From: Macrostomum lignano
Lineage: Eukaryota
Reading direction: 5' to 3'
Length of the DNA: 24,364 nt
NCBI GenBank assembly: GCA_002269645.1
Contig: NIVC01003380.1
Location: 76,429-100,792 of the forward strand
Made by a program: the position numbers and the translations under genes. Below, one piece after another: positions 1-10,542 of the stretch (the first letter of the stretch is position 1; every line of letters begins with the position of its first letter). The notes below the pieces were generated by a model. The model worked only from the letters and a program-made list of their open reading frames with translations. It had not been told where the DNA came from and made no database searches.

Positions 1-1652
1 ATTAATGTAACCGCATTTTTTGTATAATATACACTACTTTTTCTAAGAAAATATTTCTCTTAAATAGCCTTTGAAAGGGTTGTGCTACGCGAACTGGCTG
101 CCATAAGACAACAAGTGGAAGAAAATGGCCGACACATCGCTGCCATTTCTTCACGTCGAGGCGTTAACCTTCGTCTGCCTGTCGATTTACCTTGTACAAC
201 AGTTCCTGACGCCAACACGTTGTGTGATTTTTTGGAAATCGAAGGCAACATGGAAAACTTGGTAAGAACCGTGGTTACTGAGCCATGTAGTCTTTTGTAT
301 TAATTTTTATTTGAAGCGATATCTCGAAGTAATATCGTCACTTTGGAATTATATATTATATTGTCAAACTTTCTATGGCTATTTCAGAAGCGACAACTAT
401 CCACTGCTGGTGGTCGGTGCACCAAGGACGTGGCGAGACGCATCCTAAAGAAATTGATGACCGCCTCTCTCATGGAACTCTACAGCTTCGCCGGACGAAA
501 GGGCAAGCTGGCTTTTAAAACAACGAAGTTGTGGGAAACTGTTTTGGGAGCTTGCCTTTTAAGTACTAAATGCACTGACGCAGAAGTTGAAAACTGTGTC
601 AAGGATATTTTAAAGCATGCAAAGGATAGCAAGTAATTTTTTGTTTCTGTTACTTATGCTACAGGTGGAACAAAAGTTTTTGCATCTTGCCAGGCTCCAT
701 GCTTCGACTGCGCTTTTCTTAGCCTCGTTAAGTGTCAAATTATGGAACAGCTATTTTTTGCAGAGTTATAGCTCAACGACAATACTTTTGTTTCGCCCGA
801 AGTAGGAATTAAGAATTCCGGTAGCTGCCGCTTTTTTTTTAATTTTCTCTTTAAGATTGTCTTAAGTCTTCTTAAATACACATTAGTATACAGTGAGTAC
901 ACTAGTAGTACTCAGTTAGTATACGAAATGATGAAATGAATACGAATTTTATTAAATTTTATAAAACTTTATCTCACTTTAAATCTAATACAATGTATAA
1001 CTTTTATGTTAAAATTTTAATAATTTTATATCATTTTTTGTTTTAACTTTTAAACATTATGCTACTCTTGACAATACTGTATTGTTCTCATTGTTAATGT
1101 TTATTTTCTGTTCAAAGTTTAGTGTATCCTTCAACTATTCTTAAAGTTTAAACCAGTGTAGTAAATGCGTCTTGTTGAAATTTTTCAAATTTAGTTTGGC
1201 GAAATTCAATACAGTTAATTTAAATTCAAAATATCCCATCTTTCTATTATCCCACCCATCTTTCAATAAGTAACTTGTGTGTACGAGTACTTAACTAAAC
1301 TAAATAAATGTAAATTAAAGGCTTCTTCAACATAATTTAAATCAACTGCATTTTATACAATGTTTCAACAAAAATAGCACCAACCCATGACTCTATAATT
1401 GTTTTGTTGACTAAGAAATGCGATGAATTTGAAATCAAATTTAATAATGCAGGCAGTATTGCAGCATTCCTATTTTGAAAATCTATATATTCCAAAAATT
1501 TTGAACGTCTAAAATAAGTCGACCTAAGGTCGAAAACCGACGTCGGCAGCAGACGTTATTTCGACGTTCGCCCAACCGACAAATCTGACCGTCGATCGAC
1601 GTTGGTTTCCGACGTTGTGCCGACGTTCACTAGACGTAAGTGGTTGTCTGGG
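1..1652 (+). mobile_element. Right end of a probable CMC/EnSpm(CACTA)-like DNA transposon; left end outside the window
   Basis: About 1505-1652 is a dense cluster of short CGACG/GACGT motifs in both orientations, ending ...gtaagtggttgtctggg (reverse complement CCCAGACAACCACTTACGTC). A CCC terminus with subterminal repeats, downstream of a DUF4806-like gene, fits this superfamily. The partner TIR and TSD are not visible. Confidence 0.6.
68..636 (+). CDS. 3' part of a spliced DUF4806-like (transposon-associated) protein gene; exons 68-261 and 388-636
   Basis: Acceptor aaatag|68, donor 261|gtaag, acceptor atttcag|388. The phase-0 join fuses ORFs 82..303 and 343..636: FERVVLRELAAIRQQVEEN...NMENL|KRQLSTAGGRCTKDVARRILKKLMTASLMELYSFAGRKGKLAFKTTKLW...*. 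The GG-x-T-KD-x-x-RRIL...YS-x-x-GRKGK-x-x-F pattern matches my recollection of DUF4806. Upstream exons lie outside the window. Confidence 0.7.
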
Positions 1653-3913
1653 CATTCTGTTTTTGTCGGTTTTGGGTTTTTTTCAAACGGCCCTTTTTAG
1701 GGTCAATTATGATATTTTAATGCTAGTTTGAAGTGCAAAAATGATTGTTATAAATGAAAAAAGTTGGGTAAATTTTGCTTGGTGGTCAGTGTAATGTTAA
1801 AACGGCCCTTCTGAGGGCTGTTAGTTTGTTTTGCATTCGATGACAGAACAGGAACTTTAGCAACTGCATAAAACCAGACACAATGAATTCGTTCTGTTTT
1901 GTCTACTCTGATGCACTTTAACCTGTAAATAGCTGTCATCATTGTTTCCTATATATTAACTTTTAAATATATTTGTTGTGCTTGCATCTTTCTATTTCTC
2001 TTTTTTAATTGTCAAACTTTTTTTCTACTCTTAGTAGTCTATCCCGGGTTTTTTTAGCGATTGAGAGTGTCTCTGTTAATTTAATCTAAATGTTTATAGT
2101 ATATAGGTTGCTTTCAGTTAATGTTTTATTAGAATCACACCTTATATTGTATTATATTGTTAATTTTAGGCTGTGAAATTTTCGTTGGCAAAAATTTTAT
2201 TATTGTGTCCTCAGCTTGTTGTTCGCTTGCTTTGTTTAAAAAATAAAAACTTTATTATTGAGTAGTAGAGTTAGTTTATATTTTCTTTACATTATTATCT
2301 TGGTGGTGTGTTCATTTTGTTTCCTCGGTTGCGGATTCTAAATGCAAATTGCCGATATGAAAAATAAATAATAAAAATGCAAGATTATTTAATATTTTTT
2401 TATTTCCCTCGATATCCTACTGATCAGTAGTGTGAGTCGGTTTTATTCGCTTTAATCTAAGTGTTCACCAGTAGTAATTTATTGTTTATTTATCTATTAA
2501 TTTTTAATCGGTTGTTTACTTGTCCAACCTGAGACCCTTAAGCATTTGTTGTACCAATATATTTAAAGTGAGTGAATATATTGGCTGCCTGTTGTCCCTC
2601 TCTATCCTATGCGTGCTTCTAATTCTAACCCACTACCTTGCTAATTAACATTTTACTATATAAAAGTGTCTTGCGAGCAGTTAACTTGAAGAAAAATAAA
2701 AATAAAAAAACAAAAAAATTTGTCGCGTGCGTTCTGTTTACTACTACCTAATTACAAGAACTAGTAGTGATTCCTGCCTTTTTGCGCTTTTGATTTTTAA
2801 TTTAAAAAATCCTGCATCATTCAAATACGAACCAAAATATTCGGCCCATTCCGATGTGTATTCCGATGTGAATTGCAGGACAAGTAGGTCAAAATTTACT
2901 AACTGCAAAGCCAATAATTTGCTTCAATCTTAACTTCAAGCGATATTTATTTTCTTTCAGCTAAGATTTTTAAATTTTTAGAAAGTCTATCCACTTCACA
3001 TTTTTGCGATTCTGCAAACTTTATTTTCGACTTCCTCCGTTCTCAGCGAACCAGGCTTTGATCCTCGGTAGGCTCTCTATCCTCCACTTGGCGTTGATGA
3101 GCACTTTCTCAAGAGACTGAGCCAGCGCGCGACCGACCTTCTTCAGATTTTCCTTGTTTTGCCTTTTGAAATCCAAGATCTCCGTGTAGTGCTCCAAATC
3201 GCTGAAAATGCCCAGGTAGCTTATGACATCAGACTGCATCAGTGGACTTGGAATTTTACTGTTTACATTCGTCCAATTCTTCTGCAAGTGGTTCCAGAAA
3301 ATCTGCAAGCCATTAGGATTCTTGGCCATGCTTTCAAGCGCAAAGGCCATTTCCTGCATTCGAAAATGGCTGTCATTAGCTGCATGTTGGAGGTAACGCT
3401 CAAGAATCGATGGCTTGCTAGAGCAGGCAAGACCTCGGATGATGTCGATCTTAGTGCCTAGGTGAGAAACGGTCTTGCTGAACATTAAAAGTGAGTGCCA
3501 CTCCTCCTGAGAACTCCCTTCAGCCCCCTCGCAGAGAACAGCTTGTCTAAAATCAGGATTAATCAGCGACCGAAACCCGGAATTCACGTATTCTCTGAAC
3601 TTCGGCATTTTTGCAGCTCGCCAATCCGTATTTGCACGCCGACGAAGTGATAAGCTCTCGTTTCAGCTTAGTCAGGTGGGTGTCCGTGTCTTTGTTTTCA
3701 AGCCCGACATCGTTGAAGGCTCCCTCGAGTAGATCTCGCATGTACGCATTCAGTGGTCCGTACTCAGAAGGCCGTGACTGCAGCATCGGGCGAGGTAGCC
3801 AATCTTCGATAGAGCGGCCGACCACGGTGCAAAGTGCGTCTCCCTCTTCAGGTACTTGGTCATGTTGAGCGGAATGCTGTAGTCCAGATAGCCGGCACTG
3901 GCCAGAGCGAAAC

Positions 3914-4251
3914 TGCAATGACTCGAGAACGAAGTCTTGATTCGCTATGCACTGGAAATTGGCTCCCGAGTGGCAGACAGGAATAAGAGATGTAAACCAG
4001 ACCGTATCGTCTAGCTTTGCCATATACGAGTATTCGTGGGCTCCTGGGCCCCAACATAGCCAGGCGCGCTGTGGCACGATGCATGGAACACGCGTACGAA
4101 TGGTGCATACGTAGCATGGGGGAAGTGTTCAGAAGGGGTGACTCCGGTGAGTCAGTGAGGGGAACAAACAGAGTGCAAACAAACATAGTCAGTGGTAGCG
4201 GCAGACCATATGGCCAGGACTGCGGAGCGATCCCCAGCCCAGGCCATCACA
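3914..4251. mobile_element. Solo LTR (338 bp) inserted in the aminopeptidase CDS
   Basis: Begins tgcaatg, ends catcaca (TG...CA with imperfect terminal IR). Flanked by a 5-bp direct repeat gaaac at 3909-3913 and 4252-4256. Removing the element plus one copy restores in-frame LLDDSF-ALASAGYLDYSIPLNMTKYL. Confidence 0.85.
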
Positions 4252-5072
4252 GAAACTGTCATCGAGCAGACGAGCCCTGTCCTGTGGACTGAACACCGTG
4301 TGATTCGAGACCAGCTGATCGATGAGCCGCTTCCAGTTGTCCAAGTCGTAGTTCACTCTGTAGAAGCCGGACGAGCGAAGGTTGAGCAGATACCAATCGG
4401 CCGAGCTGTCGAGTTCGAAGGACTGCTCCTTCTCGGTCATCCAGTTCACGAAGCCCGACACGTCCCATGGTGACAGGGATGATCCACGTGTAGTTGTAGT
4501 CGCTCAGGTAGCTCGGAACTTGACTGGCATTCCAGAGAAAGTGGTTCTGCGTCAGTGTGAGACGTCCAGTTGCAGTGACGGAACAGTTGAGCACGGGGTA
4601 GCCCATCTGCTTGATCCAGCGATCCATCACTAAGCCGACGTCGAGAGACTTGTTTGTGGACTCGGAGTACTGCCGGGTCAGACTGTCATAGAGAGCGGTG
4701 TGGAATGTGTTTCCGTAGCTGTTCTGACGCAGGTAGTTTCCGACACCTTTGCGGAAGACCTCGTCACCAACGAACCCGTGAAGCATGCGGAGAATCATTC
4801 CACCTTTAAAGTAAGTGATTGAGTCGAAGTTTTGGTAGATATTTATCAGTTGCTTGACTTCGAAGAAAATCGGATGACTGTTAGCCAGCGAATCTGTTTC
4901 CAGCGTCTTCAGCTTATAAGTCGCAACAAACTGAGCATCAAAATCCCAATCCGGTCGAATGTTGTTCACGCCAATGGTTAGCGCGAAACTAGCGAATCCT
5001 TCGTTCAGCCACAGGTCGTCCCACCATTTAGGAGTGACTAAGTTTCCAAACCACATGTGAGCGACCTCGTGA

Positions 5073-5641
5073 CAAGGACCACTAGAAGTTACCGTTGTAT
5101 CAGGACGCAACACTCGTAAATATTGCAAAATTATTTGAAGGCCCGCTTGTTTACGTGTATCTATCGGTACTTGCCTTCAAAAAAGTATTCTACTTTACTG
5201 TTTTAAAGAAGCATGCACTACATTTGAGCCTCAGAAACTCAACATTTGCAGCCTACTCAACTCTGTACAGATTATCTGCTTTATAAAGCTTCCAAACTGG
5301 AGGATATAAAGTATGGTCTGCTACTTTATCGAGACTAGGAGGCAATGATTGAAGTAACTGAAACTTTATTCATTTTGTATGCAATGAAATATTGTGTATT
5401 GCCGTTACTTTACTGTACGCCCGCCGCTCCTACATGTAGATATAGCGCCAAACTTTGCATCATGTTAAAGAAAACAAAATTTTGAGCAACCTGGCGAAAA
5501 AAATATCTTTTTAAGTGCAACCAGTCCGGAGTTATGAGCATTTAAAGTTCAGCTGCAATGCAAACAAGCGGGCCTTCAAATAATTTTGCAATATTTACGA
5601 GTGTTGCGTCCTGATACAACGGTAACTTCTAGTGGTCCTTG
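5073..5641. mobile_element. Non-autonomous TIR element (MITE), 569 bp, 80-bp perfect TIRs, 8-bp TSD; P-like or hAT-like
   Basis: 5073-5152 (caaggaccactagaagttacc...gcccgcttgttt) is the exact reverse complement of 5562-5641. TSD cctcgtga at 5065-5072 and 5642-5649. No coding capacity inside. CAAGG termini with an 8-bp TSD suggest the P superfamily (inference). Confidence 0.93.
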
Positions 5642-7188
5642 CCTCGTGACTGACAAGAATTCCACTAAACTGGTAGTTGAAGGCCCTATATTTTCGGTTG
5701 TCAATGGCAACGTAACTTTCACGATAGACAACTAGACCCCAGTTTTCCATGCCCCTTGAAGGAAAATCAGGAACAGCAATTTGGTCTAATTTTTTTCAGC
5801 GGAAATCGAACATCAAAGTAGGATTCGAAGAACAGAGTTAGATTCTTTAGCGCGTCCTGTGAAAAGTTCATTATGTTTAGAAGCTCTGGTCTCACATAAG
5901 TGCGGTACGTTCGCATCTGAGAATCCGTGTCTTCAATGTATTCGAACTGAGAAACAACGAACGCAAGAATGTACGTGGACATGATGGGAGTGGTCTCAAA
6001 GTCTTCCTTCTCTACCTGATCCGAGTCGCTCATCTCGCTGAACCAATTGCTGGCCCTGGCTTTGGTGACTCGTTTCGATGGCATGTTGCTGAGCGCAGTG
6101 AAACCCTTCTCTCTGACAATGCTGATGTCAAACCTGGCCTTGAATGCGGGCTCGTCGAAACACGGAAACACCATCCTGGCGTGATATACTTGAAGCTGGG
6201 ACGTCGCTAGGTACTTTGTGGTTCTCTTCTCGGTGTACGAGCTCAGGTACAAGCCTCGCAAACCGGATCGAAGCGGAGATCTGAAGCGTGGGATCTCGAT
6301 CACGATGTTGGTGCTGTTCGCTGGCAGCGGCGCACACAGGTCGATGCTGTACCACTGACTATCCCTGTCGTACACACAGTTGGCGATTGCGTAGTTTATG
6401 TCTAAGCAGCTGTCGTAGACCCGAAAATCCGCTGCGGTGAGTTTAATGTTCTCCGCCGAGTGCAGCTTTATGTTGCTAGTTGAGTCTTCGATGCTGAGTC
6501 TCACCTGCATGGAGCCGATGAAGTAGAACTCCAAGGCATTGCTGCCGTAGATGTAGGGCGCCAGGGTGACTGCATAGTGTAGTGGCTTCACTCCGGTCGG
6601 CAGGCGGACGTTAGGCGGCGGTTGCCCCGCATTTTTTGCCTTGGTCTAATTGGTGCCGGATGTAGGTGCAGGAGTTGCTGGGGTCGGAGCAGTGTCAGGC
6701 TGGCCATAAACAGGTCCTTCTGCGAGCAATAGCAGCAGTGCTAGGGCCGTTAGCAAGCGTTGCTTTGGTGATTTCATTTCGAATGATTTTTTGTCTTCTT
6801 GTTTAGTCGCAGAATTGCTCTGTTGGTTCTAGCGAATTTATTCGTTCTTATTTTACTTGTACATAGGGATTTTGTAACGAACTGTATCATTTTATATCAT
6901 TCTAGTCTGGAAGAAATCAAAAAAATCATACGAAATTATCTTGTTTTTTTAGAATATCCAGATCACTCCAGCTCCTAAATTGGTATTTATTGCATGCATT
7001 TGGATAAAACATATCAAAAATAATTAAATAAGGTTGAATAATTCTTAAGCTGAAAAATTTTGCTTAATAAAAAAAATAGCTATCATGAAAATTTCAACGT
7101 TTCCAATTTATGAGGTTGAAGCTTTAGCCTGCAGGAATGGATATCTGCGGTAAAAACTCACTGAAAAAAGCATTAGCTAGGCGCAGAA

Positions 7189-7500
7189 CAAGGACAACTA
7201 AAGCAACGTATATACAGGACGCAACACTCACGTTTCATGGGAAAGGTTCTGAAGCTTCATGGGCCACTTTTTGCCAAAAAAATGCACTAGCTATGGAGAT
7301 AGAAAGTTTTGATTTTTTCAGCACAAAAATTGTTTTTGCTTTCGACAGATCCAATGTTCATCGTTTGATATGTTAATTGTGCCTTTCTTATAGCTCTATT
7401 GATATTCATAAAGCTTTTTGTTCAAAAAATTAACTAGGATTATGTGTTAATTTTTTATTCACCGTATATGTACATTTCCTGTATCTAAAAATCATAAAAA
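7189..7500 (+). mobile_element. Fragment of a CAAGGAC-terminated element related to the 5073-5641 MITE
   Basis: Starts caaggacaactaaagcaacgtatatacaggacgcaacactc, against the MITE TIR caaggaccactagaagttaccgttgtatcaggacgcaacactc. Its ~7297-7430 segment recurs inverted at ~15520-15655. No right TIR found; right boundary approximate. Confidence 0.6.
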
Positions 7501-7504
7501 TGCA

Positions 7505-7610
7505 TGGCAAAGCTCGAGTCTTTGGTTTTGTGAATCTATTTTATCATCTCTGTTTCACATGTTGTTACAAGAATGGCAAAATAGATTCATAAAACCAATG
7601 AGCCGTGCCA
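7505..7610. repeat. Imperfect inverted repeat (~35-bp arms)
   Basis: tggcaaagctcgagtctttggttttgtgaatctatttt (7505-7542) pairs with aaaatagattcataaaaccaatgagccgtgcca (7578-7610). Confidence 0.65.
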
Positions 7611-7612
7611 TT

Positions 7613-9291
7613 AACTACCGACGGGGGGCAGAGCGCCGCGATTAGGCTGCGAGGCCCCTATCGCAACCCCAAGCTAAAAGCAGAAAGGCGTTAGCCTTGG
7701 GGCTGCGCCCACCCCTCGCCGGCAGCAGAAGCGCTGGCAAGAGTGGCGGCGTCTGCGATCTTCATCCGCCCAGAATCTCGAACGAATGCGCGCAGGTCAC
7801 GGATCCGGTCCGGAGTGGTGAGCTCGTCCAGCCTTAGCGGGTGACCGAGGTGACGCCTTCGCGCCTCGCTGAAGTGCGGGCAGAAAGTGACGTGGTTGCG
7901 TCGAGGTTTCCTCCTCTAGATCACAGAATGGGCAGATAGGGGAGCAACCACTTTGCAGTGAAATATGTCTCTGGAAGAAGCCATGGCCAGTGATGACCAT
8001 GCACATCTCCCTGATGTCAGTTTTACTTAAGGAGATTAGATATTCGGATACTTTCCGGTTTATGACAGGCATTGCAATTCGTGTTTGCCGATATTCGGAG
8101 CAGCTGTCCCAGTGGACCTGGTGCTGGCGATTCAGCCAATCTTGAATGGCGCGATTGACTGATGACTTCGGAGAAGGTAACTTGACTGGGCGTTGGGCTC
8201 CACCGGGGTGCAACCCCGTTTAACGAGTTGATCCACAAGCTCATTGCCGAGGATGTTGCTATGGCCTGGTGTTCAGATAACATTGATCCTGTTGAGAATC
8301 GCTAGGGTCTGCAAGCTTTTGAAGCAGTCTGAAACTGATTTGGTTGAGAGCTTGATGGAAGACAAGGCCTTAGTAGCAGCCTGGCTGTCAGAATAAAAAT
8401 AAATGTCAAAGCTGCTGATACCAGCTTTGTGCAAATTTGCTCAGCGCACTGGTTGATGGCTCCAACTTCGGATTGAAAAACCGAGACATTCTCACCAAGA
8501 TGAAGACTTTCTTGTAAGATCGCCTCACCCTAGTGGAAAATGGCGATGCCCGCGCCCGCGAGACCGTCACACAGGGATCCGTCAGTGAAGCAGTGAATAC
8601 CCTGGCTTCTCCTGCCCACGTCCAGCGGGTGGCTCCCTCGCGGCGGAAGGGTTGAACTTGAAGCCCTTCCTGAGGATGAAAGTGGGGGGTTTGCAGTCCA
8701 CCTCGTCTAAATTGAGGTGGATGTGTTGAAGATCGCGACGGATGTAGTCTAGATGTGGGATGAGAGTCTTCTCGGGCATGAAGCCCGAGGGGGTGTTAGC
8801 AATAAATTTATCACAACTGAGAAGCGTGGCACCCTTCATCGCCTCAGCTCTAATGAACAAATGCAGCGGAGGCATGCTGAGGATGGTGTTAAGGCCCTCG
8901 TAAGGGGTGGATGGATAGGCACCGGTGATGGCACGGCAGATGTACCCTGGAGCTGGTACAGCCGGTCCCGCACAGTCTTCAACTCCAACGCACTGGACCA
9001 GATAACACATGCGTAGGTAATACTGGGTCGAATGATGCCAGTGTAGATCCACCTGACCGTCTTGGGAGATTGTCCCCAGGTAGGCCCAACGTGCTTGGTT
9101 AAGTCCAACGCAGATCGTGAGTGAGCGTCACACCTAGATATTTTGTTTCCTTGACTAGGGGGATGTCCTTACCATAGATGGTGAGGTTCCGCATGCTCCA
9201 CTTCCGCTTCCTGGTGAAGATAATGGCCATCGTCTTAGCAGTGCTAATGGTTAGGCCGTGCCGGGTAGCCCAGGCTTGCGCCTTATCGGCG
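7613..9291 (-). mobile_element. 5'-truncated, decayed non-LTR retrotransposon (RT C-terminus, RNase H, C-terminal Cys/His knuckle; I-group/LOA/Tad1/R1-like)
   Basis: Minus-strand peptides: KAQAWATRHGLTISTAKTMAIIFTRK...[10 protein letters not shown]; [27 protein letters not shown]; [26 protein letters not shown]; RNase H CFTDGS...VFQSEVGAI...FYSDSQAA...*TPGHSNILGNELVDQL; ITGHGFF...[10 protein letters not shown]. Internal stops and frameshifts are present. 13-bp TSD gagccgtgccatt at 7600-7612 and 9292-9304. Confidence 0.93.
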
Positions 9292-9314
9292 GAGCCGTGC
9301 CATTTCAGTGGTTT

Positions 9315-9475
9315 TAAGGTAACCTTTTTACAACTGGGTGAACTGAAGCAATGCAGAGTTAAGTATCTTGCTCAAGGACACAAATTGTGGGTAGAGACCG
9401 AGTGGGTCGAGAATTGAATCCCCAACCTTTCAGTCGTGAGTCCGAAGCTCTAACCACACTATAGGCTGCGACCCC
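9315..9475 (-). mobile_element. tRNA-derived SINE with a conserved central domain (3'-truncated)
   Basis: Minus strand GGGGTCGCAGCCTATAGTGTGGTTAGAGC (A-box-like)...GGGATTCAATTCTC (B-box-like), followed by GTGTCCTTGAGCAAGATACTTAAC...CACCCAG, which resembles the conserved core of V/Deu/Nin/Meta-type SINE superfamilies. The 3' boundary is approximate. Confidence 0.8.
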
Positions 9476-10542
9476 ACTAGCTTCAAGGCCAAGCGCTCTC
9501 CTATTAATGATGAAGTGGAAGCAGAACCGAAAACTGTCGACATTGATTATATAGTCACGCAAGAATTCAACGAGCGGCCCATCTAGAGATAATTAGCATT
9601 TAACAATACATCGTATTTTTGGCTTCATGAAGTGAAAAAAGTAGCTAATGTTTTTTCAGACAGCTTTAATAACATAAGTTTGGAATCAATATACACTTGC
9701 AAAAATACGTACATTTATGTATACGCAATCAATGTTTTTCCTGCCTACCCTGAGCTTTAGCGGCGGCTCTTCAAGTGAACACTTAAAAGGAAAAGAGCTG
9801 AAAAATGAGAAAAGGGAGGTTGCTGAAGTGTACCGAGCGGGAAGTGCTACCCTTCTTGGGAAACTAGGAAAAATTAGTCAAGAACCAGAGAGTTTTGCCC
9901 AATTGACGCCTAAACACCACCTGTCGGCACTCTGTGGCTGTTTTTACGTGTATACATCGGAGTTGTCTATTTTATCGCGTTGTGTCAAGCGCTTTAATTG
10001 TTTGTGCCGCCTTCTGAGTCAGGTTTACCCCACCTCTACAGAAGAGTAGGAATTAAGACGCTTTCCATCTCCGTGTCAGCTTCTCACTTCCTAGCCAAGT
10101 AGCTCCTACTCTCGATCTTTCTCCAAAGCCACTCGACTCATCCCGTCACCCTTAGTTACTGGTCCAACAACTCAAGCTAAAGTTACTTCTGTAGAAAATA
10201 TTTCTTTTGTTTTTATTCCCAAGTTAGTCCCAGCCGCTGTCAAAAATAGGAACAGGAAACATAAAGCAGGCGTGCATCTTCAGACAGCAAATGCAGCGCT
10301 TGAGAAAGGCTGGCTTATTGATTCGCTGAGAGGGTTGCGTCTTCATTGTGGTCCAAGCATTTTGACTATTTAGCTGACGCCTCTCACGGAAATATGGACG
10401 CCACTCTCTCAAGGAGAGGAGAAACTTTTCAATTAGGTATAAAAAAGTAAATTTAACAGCAAGAGACGAAACAGATAAGATTACGAAAAATCTTAAAATT
10501 TTTATTCCATTCCGAACTACTCGTAGAACTTTTTTAGCTGAA

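Larger units (their letters stand above)
3021..6777 (-). pseudogene. M1-family aminopeptidase N-like pseudogene (secreted type, no canonical introns in the CDS)
   Basis: ATG at 6777: MKSPKQRLLTALALLLLLAEGPVYG (signal peptide-like); VRLPTGVKPLHY; YLATSQLQVYHARMVFPCFDEPAFKARF; FETTPIMSTYILAFVV; [13 protein letters not shown]; HEVAH-x18-E (HEVAHMWFGNLVTPKWWDDLWLNEGFA); FDSITYFKGG; MDRWIKQMGYP; GFYRVNYD; RARLLDDSF|ALASAGYLDY; C-terminus ...IKAWFAENGGSRK*. Lesions: in-frame TAG 6646-6648; frameshifts near 5790, 4462, 3788 and 3607; MITE 5073-5641; solo LTR 3914-4251. Confidence 0.93.

Noticed and set aside
887-924. Hairpin tgagtac-actagta-gtactca
   Set aside because: A short palindrome in AT-rich 3' flank; not distinguishable from chance.
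3159-4633. Plus-strand ORFs overlapping the aminopeptidase
   Set aside because: Antisense shadows of the aminopeptidase coding sequence and the solo LTR; no recognisable motifs.
6646-6711. Small intron or read-through rescuing the TAG in the aminopeptidase leader
   Set aside because: The only nearby donor (GTTTAT) is poor and would remove the signal cleavage region. The many other lesions make a nonsense mutation the simpler explanation.
9315-9475. Functional tRNA gene
   Set aside because: The A/B boxes are degenerate, no clean acceptor stem is evident, and the sequence runs into a SINE core domain.
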